From an uncultured Thermodesulfobacteriota bacterium (GTDB lineage: Bacteria; Desulfobacterota; Desulfarculia; G963662305), in the NCBI GenBank assembly GCA_964634465.1, contig CAZWLY010000019.1, positions 71-64,070 on the forward strand: DNA of 64,000 nt. The letters run 5' to 3'. The position numbers were made by a program, and so were the translations under genes. Each line of letters begins with the position of its first letter. Positions within the stretch are counted from its first letter, which is position 1. The notes under the pieces are model-generated. The model made no database searches. It was not told where the DNA came from and saw nothing but the letters and a program-made list of their open reading frames with translations. Positions 48,507 through 58,546 of this stretch are shown here, in pieces.

Positions 48507-50726
48507 ATGTCTAAAATGGTCGCCTTCGCCGCCATCCAGGGTGGCTACAATATCGTCTCCAAGGCCGAAGGCAAACTCAAACAGGCTCTGGAGGCCTACG
48601 GCGGCACGCAGAAGCTGGAGTTCCCCAACACCGCCTACTACCTGCCCATCATCTACTCGCTGCTGGGCATCAAGGTGGAGACGCTGGAGGACGCCCTTCC
48701 GGTCATGGAGTTCTGCCGGAAGCTCCTGCCGCCTCACATAAAGAATGTCAACTACACCCCCTATCTCGGGCCCCTGCTGGACGCGGGCATGGCCGCGCTC
48801 TTCGCCGAGGAGATCGTCGAAGCCATCCGCTACATCGAGGACCCGGATTTCTACTACGTCTCCGAGGAGTGCGACCCGGAGAACGGCAAGCTCTGGCTGG
48901 GCGCCGCCGAGGACACCATCTTCCGTAAGCGCGGCGTGGAGTTCGTCGACGGCACCGCTCCCGGCTTCGCCGCCATCGTCGGCGCGGCCCCCGATCCGGA
49001 GACGGCCAAGATGATCGCCGAAGAGTATCAGCAGAAGATGCTCTACGTCTTCATGTGCGCCAACCAGAACGGGACCACCTTCGCCGAGCAGTTGGTCGAG
49101 GCCGGCGTCCAGGTCGGCTGGAACACCCGCCTGGTGCCGTTCTCCCCCGACATCTCCGGCGCCGTGTTCGCCCTCGGCTTCGCCAACCGGGCGGCCATGG
49201 CCTTCGGCGGCATCGAGCCCGGCGACTACAAGCGGATCCTGCTCTACAACAAGGACAGGATCTTCGCCTTCGTCAACGCCTTGGGCGACGTCAACGCCGA
49301 GTGGGCCGCCAACGCCGCCGGCTGCGTCAACTGGGGCTTCCCGACCCTGGCCGATACTGACATCCCCGAGATTTTGCCCACCGGCGTGTGCACCTACGAA
49401 CACGTGGTGGCCAACGTCAAGCACGAGGAGCTGGTCTCCAAATCGACCGAGATTCGGGGCCTGAAGGTCACGGTGACCAAAGTCGACGTTCCCACCGCCT
49501 ACGGCCCGGCCTTCGAGGGCGAGCGCATCCGCAAGGACGATCTCGTCGTCGAGATGGGCGGCGGCAAGACCCAGGCCGTCGAGCTGTGCCAGATGGCCGA
49601 GATGGACGAGATCAACGACGGCGACATCAACGTCTACGGTCCCGACATCACCGACCTGCCTGAGAAGCCTTTCCGCCTGCCCTTGGCCATCGAGGTCAAG
49701 GTGGCCGGCCGCAAGATGCAGGAGGACTTCGAGCCCATCCTGGAGCGGCAAATTCACCACCTGATCAACTACGCCCAGGGCATCATGCACATCGGACAGC
49801 GCGACATCGCCTGGATCCGCATCGGCCAGGGCGCGCTGGACAAGGGCTTCGAACTCAGGCACATCGGCCAGATAATCCACGACATGTACCACAAGGACTT
49901 CGGCGCGGTCCTCGACAAGGTCGCGGTCAATCTCTACACCGAGAAGGACAAGGTGGACGAGATCACCGAGCGGGCCCGGGTCATCTACCAGACCCGCGAC
50001 GCCCGGGTCGAGGGCATGACCGACGAGGACGTGGAGACTTTCTACTCCTGCACCCTGTGCCAGTCCTTCGCCCCGTCCCACGTCTGCGTGGTTTCGCCCG
50101 AGCGGACCGGCCTGTGCGGCGCCTACAACTGGTTCGACTGCAAGGCCTCTTACGAGATCAACCCGACCGGACCCAACCAGCCGGTGGAGAAGGGTGAGGT
50201 TCTCGATCCCAAGCTGGGCCGCTTCGCCGGCGTGGACGAGTTCGTCTTCAAGGCCTCGCGCCAGAAGGTGCCGACCTACAACTTCTACTCCATCGTTCAC
50301 GATCCGATGACTACCTGCGGTTGCTGCGAGTGCATCGCCGCCGTGCTGCCGATGTGCAACGGCGTCATGACCGTCAACCGCGACTACACCGGCGAGACGC
50401 CCTGCGGCATGAAGTTCACCACCCTGGCCGGCGTCATGGGCGGCGGACAGACCTCGCCGGGCTTCGTCGGCCACTCCAAGTACAACATCATCCAGCGCAA
50501 GTTCATCGCCGGTGACGGCGGGCTGTTGCGGATGGTGTGGATGCCCAAGATGCTCAAGGAGGAGCTCAAGGACAAGCTCATCGCCCGCGGCGAGGAGTTG
50601 GGCGTACCCGATCTCTACGACAAGATCGCCGACGAGACGGTGGGCACCGACGAAGCGACCGTCTATGAGTGGCTCCAGAAGGTCGGCCATCCGGCCCTGG
50701 AGATGGAGCCCATTATCAGCGAATAG
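48507..50726 (+). CDS. acsB: Acetyl-CoA synthase
   Basis: FPNTAYYLP, FYSCTLCQSFAP.HVC, PER.GLCGA, PMTTCGCCEC. Confidence 0.97.
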   Translation: MSKMVAFAAIQGGYNIVSKAEGKLKQALEAYGGTQKLEFPNTAYYLPIIYSLLGIKVETLEDALPVMEFCRKLLPPHIKNVNYTPYLGPLLDAGMAALFAEEIVEAIRYIEDPDFYYVSEECDPENGKLWLGAAEDTIFRKRGVEFVDGTAPGFAAIVGAAPDPETAKMIAEEYQQKMLYVFMCANQNGTTFAEQLVEAGVQVGWNTRLVPFSPDISGAVFALGFANRAAMAFGGIEPGDYKRILLYNKDRIFAFVNALGDVNAEWAANAAGCVNWGFPTLADTDIPEILPTGVCTYEHVVANVKHEELVSKSTEIRGLKVTVTKVDVPTAYGPAFEGERIRKDDLVVEMGGGKTQAVELCQMAEMDEINDGDINVYGPDITDLPEKPFRLPLAIEVKVAGRKMQEDFEPILERQIHHLINYAQGIMHIGQRDIAWIRIGQGALDKGFELRHIGQIIHDMYHKDFGAVLDKVAVNLYTEKDKVDEITERARVIYQTRDARVEGMTDEDVETFYSCTLCQSFAPSHVCVVSPERTGLCGAYNWFDCKASYEINPTGPNQPVEKGEVLDPKLGRFAGVDEFVFKASRQKVPTYNFYSIVHDPMTTCGCCECIAAVLPMCNGVMTVNRDYTGETPCGMKFTTLAGVMGGGQTSPGFVGHSKYNIIQRKFIAGDGGLLRMVWMPKMLKEELKDKLIARGEELGVPDLYDKIADETVGTDEATVYEWLQKVGHPALEMEPIISE

Positions 50727-50783
50727 CCCGAAGCGCCTCCCCCCGGCTTCGGGGAGAGGCTTTTGAGCAACAAGGAGTTTGCC

Positions 50784-52127
50784 ATGGGCCTGACCGGTAT
50801 TCAGATTTTCAAATTGCTGCCCAAAACAAACTGCGGCGAGTGCGGCACTCCGACCTGTTTGGCTTTCGCCATGAATTTGGCCGCCGGCAAGGCCGAGCTG
50901 GACGCCTGCCCCTACGTCTCCGACGAAGCCCGGGAGCAACTGTCCGAGGCTTCGGCCCCGCCGATTCGCTCGGTGGTCATCGGCGCCGGCCAATCGGAGG
51001 TCAAGCCGGGCGGCGAGACGGTGCTGTTCCGCCACGAGAAGACTTTCTACAACCCTTGCGCCCTGGCTATGCTGGTCACGCCGGAGACGCCCAACCTGGA
51101 CCTCGAAATCGGCTGGTTCAACGCCATGAAGTACGACCGGGTGGGGCTGACGCTTCGTCCCGAGATGTTCTGCATCAAGGACACCGGCGACGCGGCCGCC
51201 TTTGAGGCCCTGGTCGACAAGATCGTGGCCGAGACCGACGCCTCGATGTGCCTGATGAGCGAGAGCGTGGACGCCTTGAAGACGGTGGCCGAGAAGACCA
51301 AGCAGTACCGGCCGCTTCTCTACGCCGCCACCAAGGACAACGTCGAGGACATGGGCGGTTTGGCCAAGGAGCTGAACCTGCCGTTGGTGGTCAAGGGCGA
51401 GGGCCTGGAAGAGGTCATCGGCTTGACCAAGAAGCTGACCGAGATGGGCCTCAAGGACCTGGTCATCGACTCGGGCGCCCGGGAGCTCAAGGCCGCCTTC
51501 ATCGACTCGGTGGCCATGCGCCGGGCAGCTCTCCTGGAGCAAAACCGCGACCTGGGCTTCCCGTCCATCGTCTTCCCGGCCGAGATGACCGACGACTACC
51601 TGGAGGAAGCGGTCATCGCCTCGACCTTCGTGGCCAAGTACGGCGGCATCGTCGTCCTGTCCACGTTCAGGGGCGAGAACGTCTTCCCGCTTCTGCTCCA
51701 GCGGCTCAACCTCTACACCGACCCGCAGCGGCCGATGGTGGTCGAGCAGGGCATCTACGAGATCGGCAACCCCGGTCCGGAGTCCCCGGTGCTGGTCACC
51801 TCCAACTTCTCGCTGACCTACTTCATCGTCTCCGGCGAGGTCGAGTCGTCCAAGGTGCCGGCCTGGTTGATGATCATGGACACCGAGGGCCTGTCCGTGC
51901 TGACCGCCTGGGCGGCCGGCAAGTTCGTCGGTGACGCGGTGGGCATGTTCGTCAAGAAGAGCGGCATCGAGGAGAGGGTCAAGCACAAGTCGATCATCAT
52001 CCCCGGCTACGCCGCGGCCATCGCCGGCGACATGGAGGAGGAGCTGCCCGGCTGGAACGTGATGATCGGCCCGCGCGAGGCGGCCCACATACCCAAGTTT
52101 CTCAAGGAGTGGAGGCCGGCCGCTTGA
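50784..52127 (+). CDS. acsC: Corrinoid Fe-S protein large subunit
   Basis: LPKTNCGECG.PTCLAFA..CP, YTDPQRP, NFSLTYF.V, VLTAWAAGKF. Confidence 0.96.
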   Translation: MGLTGIQIFKLLPKTNCGECGTPTCLAFAMNLAAGKAELDACPYVSDEAREQLSEASAPPIRSVVIGAGQSEVKPGGETVLFRHEKTFYNPCALAMLVTPETPNLDLEIGWFNAMKYDRVGLTLRPEMFCIKDTGDAAAFEALVDKIVAETDASMCLMSESVDALKTVAEKTKQYRPLLYAATKDNVEDMGGLAKELNLPLVVKGEGLEEVIGLTKKLTEMGLKDLVIDSGARELKAAFIDSVAMRRAALLEQNRDLGFPSIVFPAEMTDDYLEEAVIASTFVAKYGGIVVLSTFRGENVFPLLLQRLNLYTDPQRPMVVEQGIYEIGNPGPESPVLVTSNFSLTYFIVSGEVESSKVPAWLMIMDTEGLSVLTAWAAGKFVGDAVGMFVKKSGIEERVKHKSIIIPGYAAAIAGDMEEELPGWNVMIGPREAAHIPKFLKEWRPAA

Positions 52128-52168
52128 GGCTCGGTTTGGCCCTTAATCAGACGGATAAGGGGATTCGA

Positions 52169-53056
52169 ATGAAGATCATTGGTGAGAGCCTGAACGTTAT
52201 CAGCAAGGTTATCGGGACCGCCATGAAGGAGCGCGATCCCGGTCCGATCCAGGCCCTGGCCAAGGAGCAGAAAGAGGCCGGCGTCGACTGGATCGACATC
52301 AACCTGGGACCGGCTCGCAAGGGCGGCCCGGAGTTGATGCAGTGGATCATCCAGACGGTCCAGGAGGTCGTCCCCGATGTTCCCTTGGCCCTGGACACCT
52401 CCAACATCGAGGCCATCGAGGCCGGTCTCGAGGTCTACCAGGCCACCGAGACCAACGTGCCGCTGATCAACTCGATCATGGCTCGGCCGGAGCGCTACGA
52501 GGTGATGATCCCCATCGCGGCCAAGTACAACGCCGACGTGGTCGCCTTGATGTGGGGCCCGGAGGGCCTGCCCCGCGACGAGAACGAGCGGGCCGCCTTG
52601 GCGGTGGAGCTGCTGTACGCCATGAACGAGGCGGGCATCCCCAACGAGAAGATCTACGTTGACGGGATCACCACCCCGGTCAACATCCAGCAGCCCCAGT
52701 TGATGTCGCTGCTGGCCTTCCAGGAGATGCTCCAGGACATCGCGCCGGGGGCCAGGTCGACCAACGGTCTGTCCAACTGCTCCAACGGCGCGCCGGACCA
52801 CCTGCGGCCGATTCTGAACCAGACCTACATGGTCATGCTGGAGCGCAAGGGCATGTTTTCCTGCATCGCCGACCACGCCGACGCCCAACTGATGGCCATC
52901 GCCCGCGGCGAGAAGCCGGAGGTGGTCGAGGTCATCCACCAGGTCATGGACGGCGAGGAGCCCCAGCCCGACAGCAAGGAGCTGATCGACTACGTCAAGA
53001 CGGCCAAGGTCCTTCTGGGCCACACCCTCTACTCCGACTCCTGGTTGGAGCTCTAG
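52169..53056 (+). CDS. acsE: Methyltetrahydrofolate:corrinoid Fe-S protein methyltransferase
   Basis: IIGESLN, IDINLG, LALDTSN, INS, GLSN.SNG; last gene of the acs operon. Confidence 0.92.
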   Translation: MKIIGESLNVISKVIGTAMKERDPGPIQALAKEQKEAGVDWIDINLGPARKGGPELMQWIIQTVQEVVPDVPLALDTSNIEAIEAGLEVYQATETNVPLINSIMARPERYEVMIPIAAKYNADVVALMWGPEGLPRDENERAALAVELLYAMNEAGIPNEKIYVDGITTPVNIQQPQLMSLLAFQEMLQDIAPGARSTNGLSNCSNGAPDHLRPILNQTYMVMLERKGMFSCIADHADAQLMAIARGEKPEVVEVIHQVMDGEEPQPDSKELIDYVKTAKVLLGHTLYSDSWLEL

Positions 53057-53084
53057 ACCTTAGTTTGCCCGGATGAAGCAACCG

Positions 53085-53115
53085 AACCGGGGTCCTTCGG
53101 GGCCCCGGTTTTTTT
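53085..53115 (+). terminator. Rho-independent terminator of the acs operon
   Basis: AACCGGGGTCC-TTCG-GGGCCCCGGTT followed by a T-run. Confidence 0.85.
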
Positions 53116-53503
53116 AGACGGCCAATCTGTCGGCCTATCTTTTTTTCTCCTCTCATCAAGCGACGTTCCCGATTCATCCTTGCTTGTTGAGCGCCCATTG
53201 AACGACAAGGTCGGCGGCGGGGTGCATCGTCGCCGCCCGCCCCCTCTGGCTCTTGATCGAGAGCGAATCGAGACGAAATCGAACCCGAGGGTCGAGGGCG
53301 ACCTTTTTCTTCCGGTCGGCCTCGCTTCGGGGTCGTCCAGGGAAACCTCAGGCCGGCCTCTTCGCCGCCCGTTCGGGCCTCACCTTGACCCAACCCCCTG
53401 GAAAATCTATAATCCGGCCAACAGCCCGCACCGGCGGCGGTCCAAGAGGGGTCGGGGACAGGAGCGCCGTCCGGATTTATTGACGCCCCGCATGGATTCC
53501 AGC

Positions 53504-56335
53504 ATGAACAGACCGGTTGTTCCCATTGCTGTGCTGATTTTAGTCGGCCTGATAGTCGCCCCGTTGGCTCGGGCCGAAACGAGGCTCAGGGTTGGCGTCT
53601 ATCAGAACCGACCCCTGGTCTTCATGGAGCACGGCCGGGCCCAGGGCATCTACCCCGACCTGATCGACTACCTCGCCGCCCGGGAGGGTTGGGAGGTGGA
53701 GTACCTCCCCTGCGAGTGGAACGACTGCCTGAAATACCTGGAGCGGGGCGAGCTGGATCTCATGACCGGCATCGCCTACACCAAGGAGCGGACCAAGCGC
53801 TTCGCCTACAACTGGGAAAACGTGATCATCGAGTGGGGCCAGATCTACGCCCGCCCGGATTCCAACCTCAAATCGATTCTCGACCTGGAGGGCAAGAAGA
53901 TCGCCGTGCTGACCGGCGACATCTTTTACGAGAGCCTGAGAAACCTCGTCAAGCGGTTCAATATCAACTGCCGGTTCATCGAGGCGCCGGAGTTGGAGTG
54001 GGTTCTCGACATGGTCGCCCAGGGCCGGGTGGCGGCCGGGGCGGTCAATCGTCTTTACGGCGTCCAGTTCACCGCCGGCTACGATCTCGTCGCCACCCCG
54101 ATCATCTACTACCCGGTCGAACTGCGCTTCGCCGCCTACAAGGGCCTCGACAAAAACATCCTGGCCGCCATCGACAACCAACTGATCAAGCTGAAAAAAG
54201 ACAAGAGCTCGATTTACCACCGGACCTTGGATAGGTGGCTGGGCCAGGGAGCGGTGGCCAGGCGCTTCCCGGCCTGGCTCAAGTGGGCCCTGGCCGCGGC
54301 CGGCCTCGGGGCCTTGTGGGCGCTGGCGACCGCGATCTACCTCCGGGTCCAGGTCAGGCGCCGGACGGCCGAGCTGAAAGCGAAGAACGAGGAGCTGGAG
54401 GCCAGCTTGGCCGAACAGCGACGGGTGGAGCGGGAACTCCAGGTCCAGAAGGCCCGGTTGGAGCGGCTTTTCTCCAGCGCGCCGGAAGGGATCGCCATCG
54501 TCGACCAGCGGGATGTGGCGCTCCAGGTGAACGAGGAGTTCACCAGGATGTTCGGATACCCGGCCGAGGAGGTGATCGGCCGGCCGCTCAATGACTTGAT
54601 CGTCCCCGCCGACAAGATTGAGGAATCCAATCGTATCACCGAGCTGGTGTGGGCGGGCGAAGACGTGGCGATGGAGACGGTTCGACACCGCAAGGACGGC
54701 TCACTCGTCCAGGTCTCCTTGTTGGGGACGGCGATCAAGTTGGGGGAGGGGCAGATAGGAGCCTTCCTCATCTATCGCGACGTCACCGAGCGCAAGGAGG
54801 CCGAGGCGGCCTTGGCCTCGGAGCGGGAACGGCTGGCGGTCACGCTTCGCTCCATCGGCGACGGAGTCATCACCACCGACACCGAGGGCCGGATAACGCT
54901 GGTCAATCGGGCGGCCGAAGCCCTGACCGGCTGGCGCCAGTCCGAAGCTCTCGGCCGGAACTTGGAAGAGGTCCTGTGCATCTTCGATCAACACTCCGGC
55001 GAGCGGTGCCGCAATCCGGTCGAGCGGGCGATGGCTTTGGGCCGGGCGGTCACCCTGGAACGAAACGCCGTGCTCAAAACCAGGGACGGCCGGGAGATAT
55101 TCATCGCCGATTCCTGCGCCCCGATTCGGGATTGGGAGAGCAGGATCGTCGGCGTGGTGGTCGTCTTCCGCGACGCCACCAGCGAGCGCCAGCGGGAGCA
55201 GGAACAACTCCGGGCGGACAAGATGGACTCCCTCGGCGTTTTGGCCGGCGGAATCGCCCACGATTTCAACAACATCCTTTCCGGCGTCATCGGCCACATC
55301 TCCCTGGCCAAGTTCCGGGCGGCCTCCAACGAGGAGCTGGTCGCCACCTTAAACGAGGCCGAGAAGGCGGCGCTTCGAGCCAAGGGGCTGACCAGACAGT
55401 TGTTGACCTTCTCCTCGGGCGGCGCGCCGATCAAGGTGACCGCCTCCATCGCCGAGATACTGATCGATTCGCTGGGGTTCGCGTTGAGAGGCTCGAACGT
55501 CACCTACACCCTGGAGCTGGAGGAGGAACTGTGGCCCGTCGAGGCCGACGCCGAGCAGATCTCTCAGGTGATGAACAACCTGATCATCAACGCCGACCAG
55601 GCCATGCCCGACGGCGGTCTGGTCCGGGTCGATGCGGTCAACACCGAACTGGAACCCGGAAACGCCTTCGACCTGAAACCGGGCCGCTACGTGGCCATCA
55701 CCATCAAGGACCAGGGCCCCGGCATCTCTCCCGAACACCAGAGCAAGATATTCGACCCTTACTTCACCACCAAGGATTCCGGCAGCGGCCTGGGGCTGTC
55801 CACCGCCTACTCCATCGTCGCCAGGCACGGCGGCCACCTCTCGGTCGTCTCCGAGCTCGGTCAGGGGGCGGTGTTCACCGTCTATCTGCCGGCCAGCGAC
55901 AAGGCGGCGCCCCCGCCGGAGAGCCGGGAAGGAGGATTGATGATCGGTCAAGGTCGGGTGTTGGTCATGGACGATGAGAAGGTGGTCACCGACGTGGCCT
56001 GCGAGATGCTCGGGGTGCTGGGCTACGAAGCGGTCGGGGTCGCCAACGGAGAGGAAGCGCTCGAACGCTACGCCGAGGCCTTGGAGGCGGGCCGGCCCTT
56101 CGACGTGGTCCTCATGGACCTGACCATTCCCGGCGGCATGGGCGGCAAGGAGGCGCTGGCCAAACTCAAGGAGATCGACCCCCAGGTCAAGGCCATCGTC
56201 TCCTCGGGTTACTCCAACGACCCGCTCATGTCCCGCTTCGCCGAGTACGGGTTTTCGGGCGTGGTGGCCAAGCCCTACCGCCTGGAGGATTTGGCGGCCG
56301 CGGTCAAGAAAGTGCTCAATGAGCCCCGGCGGTAG
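53504..56335 (+). CDS. Hybrid histidine kinase with periplasmic amino-acid-binding (PBPb) sensor, 2 PAS domains and REC
   Basis: Signal peptide, LRVGVYQN.PL, GIAHDFNN, DQGPGI, LMDLTIPGGMGG. Confidence 0.92.
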   Translation: MNRPVVPIAVLILVGLIVAPLARAETRLRVGVYQNRPLVFMEHGRAQGIYPDLIDYLAAREGWEVEYLPCEWNDCLKYLERGELDLMTGIAYTKERTKRFAYNWENVIIEWGQIYARPDSNLKSILDLEGKKIAVLTGDIFYESLRNLVKRFNINCRFIEAPELEWVLDMVAQGRVAAGAVNRLYGVQFTAGYDLVATPIIYYPVELRFAAYKGLDKNILAAIDNQLIKLKKDKSSIYHRTLDRWLGQGAVARRFPAWLKWALAAAGLGALWALATAIYLRVQVRRRTAELKAKNEELEASLAEQRRVERELQVQKARLERLFSSAPEGIAIVDQRDVALQVNEEFTRMFGYPAEEVIGRPLNDLIVPADKIEESNRITELVWAGEDVAMETVRHRKDGSLVQVSLLGTAIKLGEGQIGAFLIYRDVTERKEAEAALASERERLAVTLRSIGDGVITTDTEGRITLVNRAAEALTGWRQSEALGRNLEEVLCIFDQHSGERCRNPVERAMALGRAVTLERNAVLKTRDGREIFIADSCAPIRDWESRIVGVVVVFRDATSERQREQEQLRADKMDSLGVLAGGIAHDFNNILSGVIGHISLAKFRAASNEELVATLNEAEKAALRAKGLTRQLLTFSSGGAPIKVTASIAEILIDSLGFALRGSNVTYTLELEEELWPVEADAEQISQVMNNLIINADQAMPDGGLVRVDAVNTELEPGNAFDLKPGRYVAITIKDQGPGISPEHQSKIFDPYFTTKDSGSGLGLSTAYSIVARHGGHLSVVSELGQGAVFTVYLPASDKAAPPPESREGGLMIGQGRVLVMDDEKVVTDVACEMLGVLGYEAVGVANGEEALERYAEALEAGRPFDVVLMDLTIPGGMGGKEALAKLKEIDPQVKAIVSSGYSNDPLMSRFAEYGFSGVVAKPYRLEDLAAAVKKVLNEPRR

Positions 56336-57045
56336 ATTCTGGCCAAGGTGGCCGAGTCGATTCCTAGGTGAAAACCGACTATGATCACCTGGTTGAGCCA
56401 CCAGGTTCTGAAGGGCCCTTTTCCCCGCCACCGCCGGGCCGAGGTGAGCGCCCCGGCCGGCGCGATTCTGATCCGGCCCAGCCGCTTCAACCGCTTGACC
56501 AGGGCGTAGTCGTCCATCAGGGCCAACTCGGGGAAGCCGCCGGCCCGGTCGAACATCCGCCGGGTCATGAACAGGGCCTGATCGCCATAGGGCAGTTGGA
56601 AAAATCGGGACCTGAGCTGGGCGCCGAACTCCATCAGGCGCAGGCTCGAACGCCCGTCGTCGATCAAGAGCCGGAAGGCGCCGGCCGCCGTGTTGGGCCG
56701 GGCCAGGGTGCGGCGGACGTGATCGGGCCAGTCGAGGGGCAGGAGCGTGTCGGCGTGGAGAAAGAGCAGGATGTCGGCCTTGGTCGCCGCCGCACCGGCG
56801 TTGAGTTGGGCCGCCCGGCCGCCGGGGACGACGATCGCCTCCGCGCCCAGGCTTTCGGCCAGGGGGACGGTGGCGTCACTCGAACCGCCGTCGGCGACGA
56901 CGATCCGCACCGGCTCGCCGCACTCCCGGACCCGGGCGATGGTCCGGCCCAGCCGGGCTTCCTCGTTGAGAGAGGGGATGACGACGGCGATGCCGGGCTC
57001 CGCCGCCGGGCCGATCCTGTGGCGTCCTGTGCTCAAGAAAGTCAA
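56275..57045 (-). CDS. GT2 glycosyltransferase, TIGR04283-like (arsenosugar-cluster associated)
   Basis: VIPSLNEE, DGGSSDAT, GRAAQLNAGA, FLHADT, PYGDQ, TSARRW. Confidence 0.88.
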   Translation of the reverse strand: MTFLSTGRHRIGPAAEPGIAVVIPSLNEEARLGRTIARVRECGEPVRIVVADGGSSDATVPLAESLGAEAIVVPGGRAAQLNAGAAATKADILLFLHADTLLPLDWPDHVRRTLARPNTAAGAFRLLIDDGRSSLRLMEFGAQLRSRFFQLPYGDQALFMTRRMFDRAGGFPELALMDDYALVKRLKRLGRIRIAPAGALTSARRWRGKGPFRTWWLNQVIIVGFHLGIDSATLARIYRRGSLSTFLTAAAKSSRR

Positions 57046-57570
57046 CTAACCCTGGGCCGTTGGTTCGGCCGGACCGTAGAGGTACATCTGCTCGGTGATG
57101 GCGTTTCCCCACTTCTCGACCGGGACCTCGGCGTGTAGCCTGAACCCGGCCCGCTCGTAGAGAACCCGGGCCACCTCCAACCCCTTGAAGGTCCACAGAT
57201 GGACCCTCACCTGGCCGACCCGGCGGCAAAACGCCATCGCCTCGTCCATCAGCAACCGGCCCACACCCCGGCCCTGGAACCGCTCATCGACGATGAACCA
57301 TCTCAGCCGCGCTCCGTGTTGGCCGGATTGCCGGCCGTCGATGGCGATCGCCCCGGCGAACTCGTCGCCGACCAACGCCGCCCAGAAGCCGTCCCTGCTT
57401 TCGTCGAAGCCGGCCATGAACTCGGACAGCTCCCGGCCGACCTGGGTTTCGAAGGAGATATCGAAGCCCCAGTGCCGGGCGTAGTAGACGGCGTGGAGCT
57501 CGACGATCTTGCCGATGACGCCGGGAAAATAACCGGTCAGGCGCGCCTTTCCCGGAGGTGAAGAGTCCAT
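57046..57570 (-). CDS. GNAT-family N-acetyltransferase
   Basis: ARLRWFIV..FQGRGVGR.LM, LWTF.GL..AR.LYE..GF. Confidence 0.88.
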   Translation of the reverse strand: MDSSPPGKARLTGYFPGVIGKIVELHAVYYARHWGFDISFETQVGRELSEFMAGFDESRDGFWAALVGDEFAGAIAIDGRQSGQHGARLRWFIVDERFQGRGVGRLLMDEAMAFCRRVGQVRVHLWTFKGLEVARVLYERAGFRLHAEVPVEKWGNAITEQMYLYGPAEPTAQG

Positions 57571-57660
57571 GGCCGTCGCTCCCGAGAGTTTGTCGTCCTA
57601 AGGGCCGTTTGAGGCTCGTTTTCTGATTATATAGCACGCCGGAAGGGGGTTCCCGAACAG

Positions 57661-58296
57661 CTAACCGGAGCCGAGCTTGTCCCTGATCGCCGCCAGGTCC
57701 GGGGGCCGGTCCACGTCGGCCAGTTCGTCTACAAGGGCGACGGCGAGATTCATCTCCCGGGCCCGCTTAAGGGTGACCTCGGCCGTCCGATCGGTGGACC
57801 AGGGGATGTCGGTGAACAGCTCGGGTAAGGGCCGTTTGAGGCCGATCAAGTAGTAGCCGCCGTCGGCGGCCGGTCCGAGGACCACCTCGGCCCGCTCGAG
57901 CGCCTCGAAGGCCCGCTCGAGGACGCTTGCGCTCAGGTCGATGACGTCGGTCCCGATCAGAACCGCGGCCGCCACGCCGGGCTCGAAGGCGGCCTCGAAG
58001 GCGGCCGCCAGGCGTCGCCCCAACCCTTCGCCCCGTTGGGGACGAAAGGCGAGGTCCTTCCCCAGCCAGGCGGCCATCTTGTCCGGGTCGCCGCCGGCGT
58101 AATGGACCTCCAGGTCCGTCCCCCGCCCCTGGCAGAGCAACCGGGCCTGAGCGACGACCCGCTCGGCCAGCCGGCGCTGCAGGTCGGCCGCGCCCTGGGG
58201 GCCCAAGGCCGGTATGAGCCGGGTCTTGGTCCGGCCCGGCTCGGGATAGCGGGTGAAGACGATCAGTTTTTCGCTCGGCGTCACGGCGCTGACCAC
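57661..58296 (-). CDS. TIGR04282-like (DUF2064/CofC-like) transferase, arsenosugar-cluster associated
   Basis: FTRYPEPGRTKTRL, Q.GE.LG.RL, IGTD, LGPA.DGGYYLIG, IPWST, DVD.P.DL. Confidence 0.88.
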   Translation of the reverse strand: MVSAVTPSEKLIVFTRYPEPGRTKTRLIPALGPQGAADLQRRLAERVVAQARLLCQGRGTDLEVHYAGGDPDKMAAWLGKDLAFRPQRGEGLGRRLAAAFEAAFEPGVAAAVLIGTDVIDLSASVLERAFEALERAEVVLGPAADGGYYLIGLKRPLPELFTDIPWSTDRTAEVTLKRAREMNLAVALVDELADVDRPPDLAAIRDKLGSG

Positions 58297-58546
58297 AACT
58301 TTTCTGAAAGGGCTCGGCGTCTCAAGGCGGAGCGGGTAAGCGCCGGGGTGAGCCCCCAGGCGGGGCGCATTTCGGGTTGGGCCTCGGGGCGCCTAGATTC
58401 TTCCCTGCCGGGAGAGGGCGGGGCGGGGTCCGCCTGGCCGGGGCCGATTTCCCGCCTCGTGGTCGCCGTCCTCCCTTCCTCAAGAGCCGCCTGCTCGTCT
58501 TTCATGATCATCCGCCCGCCGGACCGTGCTCCGCTCGCCCCAAGGG

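Noticed and set aside
58281-58511. Possible 76-aa ORF between the oxidoreductase and TIGR04282 genes
   Set aside because: Low-complexity Pro/Arg-rich translation with no motif; cannot be supported.
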